Below, piece by piece: positions 50,289-61,800 of a stretch of 64,000 nucleotides of DNA. Both the position numbers and the translations under genes were made by a program. How positions within the stretch are numbered: position 1 is the stretch's first letter; each line of letters starts with the position of its first letter. The notes below the pieces were generated by a model that saw nothing but the letters and a program-made list of their open reading frames with translations, did not search any database and was not told the DNA's origin. This DNA comes from an uncultured Gemmatimonadales bacterium (GTDB taxonomy: Bacteria; Gemmatimonadota; Gemmatimonadetes; Longimicrobiales; Longimicrobiaceae), in assembly GCA_963701155.1 (NCBI GenBank), contig OY969570.1, positions 4,728,333 through 4,792,332 of the forward strand, given 5' to 3'.

Positions 50289-50950
50289 TGCCGGTGCGCA
50301 TCGCCGTCATCGGGCTGGCGCTGCTGGCGTGCGCCCCGCCGCCACGCCTTCCGCGAGCCGCGCGCATGGCCCCGCCGCCGCGCGGGTGGACGGAGCACGA
50401 CCTGCGCTCGGTGCGGGGTCCGGCCATCCTCCCGCTCGCCGTGGACTCGCCGGGTCGCGCGGGGTACCCGGCCGACCCGCACGTTTTCAGCACGGGCGTC
50501 GCCCTGCCACCCGAGTCGTACGCGGCGGTCCGGGCGCTGCGGCTCACCGAAGTGCGGGCACGGCGCATCCTGGCTGTTCTCCCGGTGCTCGGGACGGTGC
50601 CGCTGCGCACCGGCGTGTGGCCGGGCTCCGCGCGCGTGGTGGAGCACGACTCCCTGGGCGCTCTGGTCGCCACTGAGCCCGTCTCGCTCGCCTCGCTGGG
50701 GACGGAGGTCGTGTGCGCCGGCGTACGGTGGCCGCGGGAGGTCGCGGTGCGCCTGGAGGCGTACGTCGCGCTGGAGAGCGGCGCCGTGTCGATCCGCCCG
50801 CGGATGTCCGTCGCCGGCGCGGGGGACGGGGTGTGCCGGAGCGGCGGCGTGGGCCAGGACCGCACCGCCGCGTTCGCCGCCGACGTTGCCGCCGCGTTAC
50901 GCCAGGCGGCGCGCATGGGCGTGCCCATCCCCGTGCGCCGCCACCCATGA
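50285..50950 (+). CDS. Hypothetical lipoprotein
   Basis: Lipobox LLAC; overlaps with both neighbours. Confidence 0.65.
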   Translation: MMPVRIAVIGLALLACAPPPRLPRAARMAPPPRGWTEHDLRSVRGPAILPLAVDSPGRAGYPADPHVFSTGVALPPESYAAVRALRLTEVRARRILAVLPVLGTVPLRTGVWPGSARVVEHDSLGALVATEPVSLASLGTEVVCAGVRWPREVAVRLEAYVALESGAVSIRPRMSVAGAGDGVCRSGGVGQDRTAAFAADVAAALRQAARMGVPIPVRRHP

Positions 50951-51627
50951 TGCCTCCGATGGACGAGATCGCCGCAGTCATTGCGCCGCGGGCGTCCGGC
51001 GCCGACAGCCTCGCCACGGCGGCGTGCGGCGCCCTTCTCGTCGCCATCGTCGTTCACGACGCGCGGACGGGCGAGATCCCTCTCCGCTACACCCTGGGTG
51101 GCGGAGCGGCGGCGCTCGCGTGGACGGTCTTCCGCATGGGACCCTCGGCAGCGGGGGTGCGCGCGCTTGCCGCCGCGGGCGCCGCGCTCGGGCTGTGGGC
51201 GCTGGGTCACTGCGTGGGGCGGATGGCTCGGCGCGAGGTGGTGGGCGAGGGTGACGCGCTCCTGCTCGGCCTGCTAGCCGTCCTCGTGGGTCCGGCACGA
51301 ACCGGGACGGTCCTGGCGGGCGCGGCGGCGCTCGCGCTGGCCGTCTTCGCCGCGCGTCTCCTCCCCGCCCGCTGGCGCGCTCCGGCCATGGGACTGTCGG
51401 CGCTGCTGGCGGGCGGCGCGTTCGTGGCCGGCGGGTGGGCGCGGCTCGGCGCGCTCGCGATCCCGCTCGTTTTCGTGTGGCCACAGCGGCAGCGGGTGAG
51501 CGGGCCCCTGCCCTTTGGGCCGATGCTGGCGGCGGGTGCCGTGCTCGCCCTCTTCACCGCTGCTCCCTCCGCGGGGCCGCCGAACGCGGCACTCGACACG
51601 CCCCTCATCCGGATCTCGTCTCGATGA
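50947..51627 (+). CDS. Prepilin peptidase (A24), lacking the N-terminal Cys/Zn domain
   Basis: VHDARTGEIP and VGEGD catalytic-Asp motifs, PLPFGPMLA. Confidence 0.82.
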   Translation: MMPPMDEIAAVIAPRASGADSLATAACGALLVAIVVHDARTGEIPLRYTLGGGAAALAWTVFRMGPSAAGVRALAAAGAALGLWALGHCVGRMARREVVGEGDALLLGLLAVLVGPARTGTVLAGAAALALAVFAARLLPARWRAPAMGLSALLAGGAFVAGGWARLGALAIPLVFVWPQRQRVSGPLPFGPMLAAGAVLALFTAAPSAGPPNAALDTPLIRISSR

Positions 51628-52850
51628 AGCTCCTGCGCACCCTCTGCATCCCGCTGGTACTGCCGGCGACGCTGGCATCGGCGCAGCGCCCGGTGGAGAC
51701 CGGCACGGCGCTGGGCGGTACCGGCGTAACCGACGCGTGGCGCGCGGACGCTCTCCTCTTCAATCCCGCGCTCCTGGGCGTCTGGGACGGCGGGCCGGCC
51801 GCGTCGCACTCCTTTCTCGCGCTGGAGATGGCGCGCCTGCCGAGCGAGGGCACCTTCGGCGGCGCCGTGCGGCTGGGGCTGATGGGCGGCGGGCGCCGCT
51901 CGATCCAGTACTCGGCGCCGCTCGCCGACTGGACTACCTACCCCGGCGCGCTGGGCGGCGTCACCTGGGGTGCCTTCCAGAACCGCGACTTCGCCCTCGC
52001 CCTCTCCACCCACGCCGCGTCGTACGCGGACATCCCGCCCGCCATCCGCGGCGCGCTCGGCGCAGGCACGGCAGAAAGCCCCGCGACGGGCGAGAGCGGG
52101 CGGAGCCTGGCCACCGTTCTCGCGGTGGGGCGGGCATTCGCGTTGGGGCACCTCCCCGGAGGCGGTCCGGTCTGGGCGGGCGCCACGGGGAAAGCGTGGT
52201 ACCTCCACACGCACGCACGCGGCATCTTCGTCGCCGACGCGCCGGGTGGGGAGGTGTATCGCGAGACGGTGTTCCGCGGTGTCCCGGGCTACGGCGTGGA
52301 CGTGGGGATCTCCGCCAGCCCTGGCCCGCTGCGGCTCGCGGCTTCGGTGAGCAACGCGCTCGCGGCGACGGTTCGCCCCGGCTCGGGCCCGCGTGAGCGG
52401 AGTGTCTCGGTGGAGGAGAACGCCGCCGGGCGCGCGATCGTCACGGAGCGGCTTGGGCCGGAGATCGGGTTCGATTCCCTGGATACGGCAGCGCGCCGGG
52501 CTTGGGACGAGGCCTTCTTCCCCACGGTGCTGCGTGCCGGCGCGGCGTGGGAGACTGAGGCCGGGCGCGTGGCGCTGGCATTCAGCGAAGTGCTCCGCCA
52601 GGGCGGCCTGGAGCGCGCCGGGAGCACGGATCGCTTCGCCGCCTCCGTGCGCGGCCCAGGACGATTCCCGCTGCGTGCGTCGTACGGCTGGGGAGGTGGA
52701 GCGCGGAGCTACACGTTCGGGATGGATGCCGGCTCGTGCGCGCGGCGGTGGACGGTGGGGATGTCGTACCGGGAAGGAACGGAGGGTTCGTCGGTCGGTC
52801 TTTCCGCGTCGCTGCGGCTGATGGATGCGTCCTGCTCCGGCGCACGCTGA
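51624..52850 (+). CDS. Exported, probably outer-membrane beta-barrel (TraF/FadL/DUF5723-like)
   Basis: Signal peptide; ALGGTGV...DALLFNPALLG start; GYGVDVG strand pattern. Confidence 0.6.
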   Translation: MKLLRTLCIPLVLPATLASAQRPVETGTALGGTGVTDAWRADALLFNPALLGVWDGGPAASHSFLALEMARLPSEGTFGGAVRLGLMGGGRRSIQYSAPLADWTTYPGALGGVTWGAFQNRDFALALSTHAASYADIPPAIRGALGAGTAESPATGESGRSLATVLAVGRAFALGHLPGGGPVWAGATGKAWYLHTHARGIFVADAPGGEVYRETVFRGVPGYGVDVGISASPGPLRLAASVSNALAATVRPGSGPRERSVSVEENAAGRAIVTERLGPEIGFDSLDTAARRAWDEAFFPTVLRAGAAWETEAGRVALAFSEVLRQGGLERAGSTDRFAASVRGPGRFPLRASYGWGGGARSYTFGMDAGSCARRWTVGMSYREGTEGSSVGLSASLRLMDASCSGAR

Positions 52851-52855
52851 CCGCG

Positions 52856-53804
<949 letters not shown>

Positions 53805-53833
<29 letters not shown>

Positions 53834-53866
53834 AGTCATCTCTGTGCCTCCGTGCCTCTGTGTGAG
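53805..53866. repeat. REP-like CACAGAG palindrome (copy 3, degenerate)
   Basis: CGCACAGAAACACAGAGGCACGGAGA...TCTCTGTGCCTCCGTGCCTCTGTGTGAG between convergent genes. Confidence 0.8.
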
Positions 53867-53867
53867 C

Positions 53868-54416
53868 CTACACGCCGTGCTCCCGGAACAGCCGCAGGCG
53901 CAGCGCGGCCCGGTCGGTGAGCCGCTCGGCGGGCCACCCCTCCGCGTACTCGGCGACAGCCAGGGCGATCTCCGCGTGGACGGTGCGCCAGGGGGTGCGG
54001 CCGCGCCGGATCTGCGCGATCCACCAGCCGGGGACCAGGTCGGCCAGGGCGAAGAGGTCGGCGCTGCGCTCGGGAGGGGCCATGTACCCCTCGTCGGCCA
54101 GGAACACGGCGCCGTCCGTGTCGCCGGCCAGCACGTGGGCGAGCTCGTGGCGGAGCGCGTACCAGCGGTCCGTGCGCTCGGCGAGGCGGTTGACGAAGAC
54201 GGGATACACCCCCGCGCAGCGCGGCAGCGTCATGGCCACCGTGCTGGACCGGAAGGGGAACACCTCCACGTGGCACCCGGCCGCGGCCAGCAGGCGCGAC
54301 ACCTGGTCCGTACGCATGGGCGCCGTGGCGCCCGCGTACTCCCCCTCCCAGCGGCGCGCGGCCCCCACCAGGCGCAGCGCGGCCGCGAGAACTCCGCCTT
54401 CATCAGCTTTCGCCAT
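53868..54416 (-). CDS. ImmA/IrrE-family metallopeptidase
   Basis: VFVN...RWYALRHELAH HEXXH, then PERSADLFA (E..A..FA). Confidence 0.85.
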   Translation of the reverse strand: MAKADEGGVLAAALRLVGAARRWEGEYAGATAPMRTDQVSRLLAAAGCHVEVFPFRSSTVAMTLPRCAGVYPVFVNRLAERTDRWYALRHELAHVLAGDTDGAVFLADEGYMAPPERSADLFALADLVPGWWIAQIRRGRTPWRTVHAEIALAVAEYAEGWPAERLTDRAALRLRLFREHGV

Positions 54417-54864
54417 TCTCCACGCGGTCCCGCAGCGTGTACCACCAGTCCGGGAGGACCCCGCGTGCGGTGAGCATGCGGCGCAGCCCCTCCAGCGCGT
54501 CCAGCTTCCGGTGGCGCTCCTGCCCCGCCGGCCCGATCCCCTCCACGAAGCGAGTGACGGCGTCCAGCGACGCGAAGACGTCTTCAGCCCCCGCCTGCTC
54601 CGCCTCCGGCTCCGCGGAGCGCTCGGGCTCCGCCGGCACGGGCGACTCGCCGCGCCCCGAGCGGATCCACTCCGACGACGCGCCGCACAGCTCCGCGATG
54701 CGCTCCAGCGTGTACGCGTGGGGCACCGCGCCCCCCGTCTCCCACCGCGCGATGGACCCCGAGTGCACCCCCAGCATCTCCGCGAGCTGCAGGCGATCCC
54801 ACCCGCGGCGCTCGCGGAGCGCGCGCAGGCGGTAACCCACGGAGACCCTCTCTTTCTCAGTCAT
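54403..54864 (-). CDS. XRE-family HTH repressor (ImmR/CI-like)
   Basis: LRALRERRGW...LAEMLGV...IARWETG...LERIAELCGASSEWI. Confidence 0.9.
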   Translation of the reverse strand: MTEKERVSVGYRLRALRERRGWDRLQLAEMLGVHSGSIARWETGGAVPHAYTLERIAELCGASSEWIRSGRGESPVPAEPERSAEPEAEQAGAEDVFASLDAVTRFVEGIGPAGQERHRKLDALEGLRRMLTARGVLPDWWYTLRDRVENGES

Positions 54865-54892
54865 CGCGCCCGAACCGGTTTTGGAGTTGCCG

Positions 54893-54958
54893 TTGACACC
54901 CGGCCGTGGCGGTGTAGATTGTTAAAAGCGTTAACAACATCCACGGCTCGCGTATAAA
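54893..54958 (+). promoter_or_regulatory. Tandem sigma70-like promoters with a palindromic operator
   Basis: TTGACA(54893)-16-TAGATT and TTAACA(54931)-16-TATAAA; palindrome TTGTTAA-N5-TTAACAA at 54919-54937. Confidence 0.65.
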
Positions 54959-55042
54959 GTGAGTATCGCCACCTCATCGCGCAAGAGTGTCGTGCGGCAA
55001 GCTCGCTGCAAAGACGCGAACCCAGCCTCAGGAGGAGGCCGC

Positions 55043-55315
55043 ATGGACGAACCGGACAACAATCCACCCCTCCCGCTCCGCCGCCGGCGCCTGGCGGCGC
55101 TCCCCCCCGCCGCGCCGGACGCGCAGGTGCTGCTGCGCGTGGCCACGAGCTGCCCCCGCTGCGGCACCCGCCCCGCCCTGCGCGTGACGCAGGCCATGGT
55201 GAGCGCCCTGGCCGGCTCCGACGCCCGCATCCGGCTGGGTACCTACCAGTGCCAGCGGCGCGGATGCGGCGCCATCTACGACCTGGAAGCCGGCGCCTAC
55301 CTGCGCGCCGGGTGA
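55043..55315 (+). CDS. Small zinc-ribbon protein (90 aa)
   Basis: AGGAGG RBS; CPRC...CQRRGC. Confidence 0.75.
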   Translation: MDEPDNNPPLPLRRRRLAALPPAAPDAQVLLRVATSCPRCGTRPALRVTQAMVSALAGSDARIRLGTYQCQRRGCGAIYDLEAGAYLRAG

Positions 55316-55510
55316 CCGGCCGGCGGCGAATGGGCGCAGTGCCATCAAGAAGTATCCCGAAAGACTCCCGAAGATAAGCATGCCGGCGACGTCCGGGTAG
55401 TGGGAAGGCAGGATAGGAGCGACTGCGCGGCCCCCTCAGCGGGCGCGGCGAACCACACGCCTCACGACCCCTGCCCACTTTTTTAACGTTTTGCACCGCG
55501 ACACAGCCGC

Positions 55511-55552
55511 CACAGGCCCCGCTCGGCACAGCGCCCGAGCCCGGGGCTTTTT
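55511..55552 (+). terminator. GC hairpin with U-tract (hairpin motif copy A)
   Basis: GCCCCGCTCGG-CACAGCGC-CCGAGCCCGGGGC followed by TTTTT. Confidence 0.6.
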
Positions 55553-55655
55553 CGTTTGCCAGCGGTTCTCGCCCCGGTGCGCCGCTTCAACGGGAGGCGG
55601 CCCGCGGGGAGCCTCCAGCCGCCGCCATCGCGCCCTCACAACCAGGAGACAGCCA

Positions 55656-57278
55656 GTGGCCGACCCTACTCTCGACCCTGATCTCGACCCACGCAAGCGG
55701 CAGGGAAGCACGATGGGCACCCTGGTCGCCAGGGTCACCGACCCGTCGAACCTCGTCCGCGACGTCAATTTCTACCGGAGGCTGCCCACGCAGGCCGCGC
55801 CGGGCTCGGGTCCGTATCCGCCTGACATCGTGCGGCGCCCCGCGCCGGCCGCCGGCGTGTACGAGTACGACTTCGTGCTCGACACCGAGTTCGAGACCAT
55901 CGGGATCATCGAGCTGGTGCTGGAAGACGGCACCATCATTCGCAGCGCCGAGCAGACGTTTCTCCGCCGCAACCCCGACGCCGCTGCCGGCGGATACCTG
56001 CCCCTCAGCGGCGGCACGCTCACGGGGGCCCTCAACGCCAACGCCGGCCTCAGCGCCACCGGCGTGGTCAACAGCACCGGTCCGTTCTACTCGCGCATGA
56101 ACTACTCGGATGCGTCCGGCGGTGTCGGGTTCGGGCTCCTGCATTCCGGCACCGGCATCCGCCGCTTCGCCCTTGGGCTGGTGAGTACGGAAAACGGTTC
56201 CAACTCCGGCGGGAACCTGACGCTGTGGAGGTACTCCGACACGGGAGCGAACCTCGGCTCGCCGATCTCCGTGCATCGCGCCACCGGCGTGGTCACCTTC
56301 AGCGCCGCGCCCCGGGCGAACGGGTCCGACCTGGCGCTCGTGTCGCAGCTCGCGGGCTACCTGCCGCTGGCGGGAGGCACGATCTCAGGCCCGCTGGCGG
56401 TGAGGCGGGACAGCGGGGGTACCCCCAACCACGCAACCGGGCAGATGGAGCTCAACAGCACCGGCTCCAACCCGGTGGTGCTGGGGCTGAACCGCGGGGC
56501 CCATTCGGCGCTCGCGCTGCGCCACGCGAGCGGCAACCGCCTGGACCTGCTGAACCAGGACGGCGGGTACGCCACGTACGCCGGGGCCTCGTTCGAGGCG
56601 GTGGGCGGAAACTCGTCGTGGGGGAACGCGAAGCTCTACAACGGCGGCGAATGGGGCGGAGGCGTCACCTACCCGACGGTCGGCAGCACGTTGAGCGGCG
56701 GGCTCATCATGCTGCGAAGGCCCCACGTTCCCTACCACGACGATGGCGCATACGTGCGCATGGCCGCGGTGGGAAGTGCGAGCAGCTACTGGGACATGGG
56801 GATCGTGGGAGACCAGCTCATCGTGCGGCGCAACGCGGGGAACCCTTCCTTCTGGATCGACAACGGGGGGGTATCGCACTTCCAGCGGCAGTCCGCCGCG
56901 TCCGGCTACACACTCGACGTGCAGGGGCAGGCGTTCGCGAGCGCGGGGCTGGTGACCGGCGGCACGGAGTGGCTCCGGTCCGCCTTCCACGGGTCCAGCA
57001 TCCACGGCGTGGAAGAGTACATCGTCACCCGGAGCGGGTACGGGATCGTGGTGCAGAACCATTCCGGGAACACCCACATGGGCTACGTGGCGTACGACGC
57101 GTCCGGGTTCGGACTGAAGCACCGCGATGGTGAATGGGCCGTGCTCACGTCGCCCAGCGGCGTCAAGCTGTACGGACGGGCGGAGGACGACCGGGGCCAC
57201 GCGTTCGCCACTTCGCTGAGCGGCTCGGACAACCCCACGGCGATGGCCCGCGAGGGTGCCATCTACATCCAGTACTGA
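55656..57278 (+). CDS. Phage tail-fibre-like protein (540 aa)
   Basis: AGGAG + GTG; two YLPLxGGTxxG repeats; Gly/Asn/Ser-rich beta modules; tail-fibre-type end SDNPTAMAREGAIYIQY. Confidence 0.78.
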   Translation: MADPTLDPDLDPRKRQGSTMGTLVARVTDPSNLVRDVNFYRRLPTQAAPGSGPYPPDIVRRPAPAAGVYEYDFVLDTEFETIGIIELVLEDGTIIRSAEQTFLRRNPDAAAGGYLPLSGGTLTGALNANAGLSATGVVNSTGPFYSRMNYSDASGGVGFGLLHSGTGIRRFALGLVSTENGSNSGGNLTLWRYSDTGANLGSPISVHRATGVVTFSAAPRANGSDLALVSQLAGYLPLAGGTISGPLAVRRDSGGTPNHATGQMELNSTGSNPVVLGLNRGAHSALALRHASGNRLDLLNQDGGYATYAGASFEAVGGNSSWGNAKLYNGGEWGGGVTYPTVGSTLSGGLIMLRRPHVPYHDDGAYVRMAAVGSASSYWDMGIVGDQLIVRRNAGNPSFWIDNGGVSHFQRQSAASGYTLDVQGQAFASAGLVTGGTEWLRSAFHGSSIHGVEEYIVTRSGYGIVVQNHSGNTHMGYVAYDASGFGLKHRDGEWAVLTSPSGVKLYGRAEDDRGHAFATSLSGSDNPTAMAREGAIYIQY

Positions 57279-57280
57279 CC

Positions 57281-57784
57281 ATGGGAGTCCAACGGCACAA
57301 CGGCACGGCCTGGGCTGGCCCGGCGCGCGCCACCTACACGCTCTTCGAAAAGAACATCTACAACGGCGGCCCGCCGATCTGGCTGCGGGCACGGCAGATC
57401 TGGCGCAGGATCGGCGGCGTCTGGCACCCCGCCTCCGCCGGTTTCGCCGCGGCCGCCGACATCGCCTCGATCTCCGTACAGACGGTGCTGAAGAGCGAGA
57501 CGGGGGGGGCGATCCCCATGCCGGGCGACTACTGGGAGTCCAGCGTCAGGGTGAGCGCCGGCCCCACGTGCCACGGATACGCGCTCTGGTTCCTGGACGA
57601 CAACGGGGAGGCCGGGACGTGGCAGTTCGCGGGCTCGTTCTCCCCGGGCCAGGCGCCGCATGTGTTCGAGTCGGCCAGCAGGAACCTGGTGCACTGGTGC
57701 GCGACGGCGTGGGACGGCGGGGCGCCGGACCCCAACGCGCTTCCGCAGGGCCAGCAGGGGTTCAGCCGCTTCGCCAGCGGCTGA
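57281..57784 (+). CDS. Phage tail-associated hypothetical protein
   Basis: 2-nt gap after the fibre gene; W..A.QIWRRIGGVW motif of the type seen after fibre genes. Confidence 0.6.
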   Translation: MGVQRHNGTAWAGPARATYTLFEKNIYNGGPPIWLRARQIWRRIGGVWHPASAGFAAAADIASISVQTVLKSETGGAIPMPGDYWESSVRVSAGPTCHGYALWFLDDNGEAGTWQFAGSFSPGQAPHVFESASRNLVHWCATAWDGGAPDPNALPQGQQGFSRFASG

Positions 57785-57852
57785 GCGCCGCACCCGGCGC
57801 GCGGCGGCCGGATTCCGCCGGCGCCCCCTCCAACTCACGGACAGGTACGGAG

Positions 57853-58284
57853 ATGACCACGCTGGAGATGAGCACCGAACAGCTTGCCCACGCCTCGCGC
57901 GCGCTGGCGGAGCTGATGAAGGAGAACCGCCCCTTCCGCCTGGGCCTCGCCCTGCGGCGCGTGGCCCGCCAGGTGGAGCCGGCGGCGAACGACGCGGCCG
58001 AGCTGGAGCGCGGCATCGTGGAGCGCCACGCGCGGCGCGACGATCGCGGCGAGCTGGTGCCGGGGCGCGACGCCGCGGGCGAGGTGCAGCCCGGCACCGT
58101 GGAGATCGTGGACCCGCGGGCGTGCCAGGCCGAGCTGGACCAGCTCCGGCTGACCCGCGTAAAGGTGCAGGTGGAGCCGCTCACCCTTGAAGACTTCCGT
58201 GACCCCGGGCCCGACGTGGCTCCGTGGGTGCTCCTCGGCCTGGGCGAGCTGATCGACGACCGCAGCTCCGTGGCGCCGCGCTAG
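57853..58284 (+). CDS. Phage protein, DUF1617-like
   Basis: GGAG RBS; L.ELM...PFRLGLALRR...VEP, ...L.V.V...TLED pattern (recalled similarity). Confidence 0.6.
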   Translation: MTTLEMSTEQLAHASRALAELMKENRPFRLGLALRRVARQVEPAANDAAELERGIVERHARRDDRGELVPGRDAAGEVQPGTVEIVDPRACQAELDQLRLTRVKVQVEPLTLEDFRDPGPDVAPWVLLGLGELIDDRSSVAPR

Positions 58285-58355
58285 CCATCCTGGCGGTCGC
58301 CCTTCCGCCCGCGGCCCATGCCGCGGACGACATTTCCCCGATGGAGAACGAGACG

Positions 58356-58559
58356 ATGATCGCAACGCAGACGCTTGAAGTGCTCGGGGTTCGCCGCCGC
58401 GACTCCGCCACGGTGACGGTGGAGCTCGGCGCGGTGCAGGCGGATGCCGCTACCGGCCCCATCCCCATGCCCTTCGCCACTCACGTGATCGACGTGGCCG
58501 AGGCGGACCTCCCGGATCTCGGCGCCCTGGTGACCGTGACCTACGCGCTCCAGGTGTAG
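58356..58559 (+). CDS. Small hypothetical protein
   Basis: GGAG 9 nt upstream; beta-rich sequence. Alternative start 58341. Confidence 0.5.
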   Translation: MIATQTLEVLGVRRRDSATVTVELGAVQADAATGPIPMPFATHVIDVAEADLPDLGALVTVTYALQV

Positions 58560-58592
58560 CCACCCGGCGCTCCGAACCTCGACACCGGCCGG

Positions 58593-58747
58593 CACAGGCC
58601 ATCCCGGCAGAGCGCCCGGGCGGGGTCCGGTGACCCCACGTATTCCATGGCGGAATCGAGCTCCGTGCCCATGGGCCGGAACCAACGACCGATGAGAAGG
58701 CCCGCGGAGGCCCCGCCCGGCACAGCGCCCGGGAGCGGGGCCTCCGC
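58593..58747 (+). repeat. Hairpin motif copies B (58593-58628) and C (58704-58747)
   Basis: CCGG-CASAGCGC-CCGG core shared with copy A at 55511. Confidence 0.65.
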
Positions 58748-58863
58748 CGTTCTCCACGCGGCAGGCCAGGCGTAGCGCGACCCAGCAGAGACGACTCCCA
58801 GGAGGCCCTCACCCTACACGGGGTGCGGGCCCCCATTCGTTGCACCGACTCCGAGGACCATCG

Positions 58864-61800
58864 ATGAAGCACCTGACAAGGATACTTGCCCTCGCGGCGG
58901 CGCTGGCTTCGTCCGGCGTCCTCGCCGCGGGGACCCTCATGGGGGGGACGGCGCCGCCGCAGGTGAGCGTGGCGGACGTGAACCCCGGCACCGCCGTGGA
59001 GCGCGACCTGTGCCTGAGCGTCTCCGTGGGCCCGGGCGCCGCCTCCGAGTGCGGCGACCTGCGCCTGGCGCACGCCCTCCCCGCCGTGCGCACGCTCAAC
59101 CAGGCGCGCGCTCCCGTGCTCCTCTACAACAGCCAGCACGCCAGCCCCCACCCCGTGGTGGCCGCCCACGTGATGCTCCCCTCCGGCGCGGCGGGGCTCT
59201 CGCGCGTGGTGGCCATCCTCAGGGTCAACGGCACTCCTCGCGGGCAGGGGGTGTGGAAGGGAACCGCCTGGCCCGGCGGCGGCCCCGTGCGCATCGCGGT
59301 GGGCTACGACGCCGGGGGCGACGCGACGGGCCCGTACCGCTACGCCCTGGAGGTGCGCGCCCACTACGGCACCACGGTCGTGGCCGACACCGCGCGCGGC
59401 GAGCTGGTGGTGGTCAACCGGCGCGAGAGCCCCTTCGGCGCGGGGTGGTGGCTGGCGGGGCTGGAGCGGCTGGTGATGGACCCCACCGGCCGCCCCCTGC
59501 TGTGGGTGGGAGGCGACGGGAGCACGCGGCGCTACACCGTCACGGCCGACACCGCCGTGTGGGGCGCCGCTTCTCTGGACCGTCCGGACACGCTGAAGCG
59601 CGCCGGCGCCGGGTGGGAGCGCATCCTTCCCGGCGGCGTGCGCGTGCGCTTCGACGCGGCCGGGAACCACGTCGCCACCCGCAGCCGCGTCGGATACGAG
59701 ACGAGCTTCGGCTACGTGGGAGGGCGCCTGGGCAGCGTGAGCGTGCCGCCCGCGGGCTCCGCCCTCTCGTACAGCTTCGTGTACGGCACGGACGGCTTTC
59801 TCCAGCGCGTGGAAGCGCCCGGCGTGCAGGGCACCCGGACGGTGACCCTCACCCGCGCCGGCGACGAGCTGAGCATCCAGGACCCCGACGGCACCCGCAT
59901 CGCCTTCACCCACGCGGACGGCACGCGGCGCCGCATCGTGGCGCGGAGCGATCGGCTGGGGCGCACCACCGTCTTCCGCTACGACGCGGGCGGGCGGATC
60001 GCCTCGTCGCGCCATGACCTGGCGGGCGACAGCATCGTGACGCGGCTCACCGCGCTGGAGAGCCTCGGGCTCGCCGCCGCCGTGGACACCGCGCAGGCGT
60101 TCGCGCTGCTGGACGGGCCGCGCACCGACGTACTGGACCACACCCGGCTGTGGCTGGACCGCTGGGGGGCGCCGCGCCGCGTGCGCGACGCGTTGGGCCG
60201 CGAGACGCGCATCACCCGCGGCGACCCCCGCTTCCCCGCGCTGGTCACGCGCGTGGAGCAGCCCGGCGGCCGGGTGATGGGCGCCGAGTACGACGGGCGT
60301 GGCAACCTGGCGGCGCAGACCGACTCGTCCACACGCAACGCGGCCGGCCGCTACGCCACCACGCGCTACGCATACGACACGCGCTGGGACGCCGTCACCC
60401 GCGTGACCCTCCCCGAGGGCGAGGTGACGATCTCCGAGTACGACGACTCCGCGCGCGTGCGCTGGGTGCAGCAGGGGAACGACACGCTGCGCCGGACCCG
60501 CTTCCTCTACCACCCGCTGGGCGTGAACGGCGGCGGCCTCCCCAGCTCGGTGAAGGGCCCGCTGGCCACGGCCGAGCGCATGGCGTACGACGCACTGGGC
60601 AACCTGCAGGAGAGCTCCACCGTCGACCAGGGCACCACGCTGCGTACGCACCACCAGCGCGACGCCATCGGCCGCGACACCCTGGTGACGAACCCCGCCG
60701 GCGCGCGCTCCATCCTGCGCTACGACGCGGCCGGCCGGGTGGTGGAGACGCTCAGCATCGGGCCGGCGACGGAGTACAACAACCAGCTCACCTTTCAACT
60801 GGTCGGGATCCCCGAGCAGAAGCTCTGGGTGTACTCGTACTTCGACGCGGAGGGGCGGCCGGACAGCATCGCGCGCGGGCAGAGCCCCGACCCCTCGGCG
60901 ATCGGCCGGATCGTGACGCGGTGGCGCCGCGACGCGCTGGGACGCCAGGTACAGGAGATCGCCCCCGACGCCACGCCGGCGAACCTGGCGGACAACCCGC
61001 GCGACAGCACGGTCTTCGACGCGGCGGGGAACGCGGTGGCGGTGCGCAGCCGGCGCGGGCTGTGGACGCGCATGGAGTACGACGCGCTCAGCCGCCTGAC
61101 GGCGCGCAGGGGGGACGCGGCTTCATACGGCCCGCTCGCGGTCGTGGTCGGCGATTCCATCCGGCGCACCCTCCGCTTCCCCCTCTTCGCGCAGGACGCG
61201 GAGGGCAACTTCACGCTGGCAAACACCACCGGGAGCGCGGGGCTCACGATCCGCGGCGACACCGCTACGTTCGAGTACGACGCAGCCGGCAACATGACCG
61301 GGGCGATCAACCGCGACGCGGTAGTGCGGCGCGAGTACAACGTGAACGGCACGATGCGCAGCGAGACGCAGCGCATCCGCACCTACGCGGGGCTGGACAC
61401 CACGGCGCACACGTACCGCTTAGAGTACACGTACGACCTCAACGGGCGCCGCACGTCGCTGACGCACCCGCAGATCTTCGACCTGAGCGCGCCCCGCCAG
61501 ACCGGGTATGGATACGACACCATCGCGGGCGCGCTCGCCTTCGTGAGCGACCCCAATGGCGGAGGCTATACCTACCGCTACGACCTGGCGGGACGCGTGG
61601 ACCAGCGGACGCGCGGGTCCGTGGTGGAGGCCTTCAGCTACGACTCGCTGGGGCGGCTGGAGCACCGGGTGGAGACATCGGGCGGCGTGGCCGTTCACGA
61701 TGACCATCTCGCCTACAAGGACAGCACGGGCAAGCTCATCGCGGTCACGAGCTCGGTGACCGGGAAGAGTGGCTCCGCCAACCTCGCCTACACCGGCATG

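Noticed and set aside
55656-57278. Shufflon PilV adhesin or DGR target
   Set aside because: No recombinase, inverted cassettes, reverse transcriptase or template repeat seen.
53868-58559. Complete prophage or ICE
   Set aside because: No integrase, att site, replication, head or tail-tube genes in the window.
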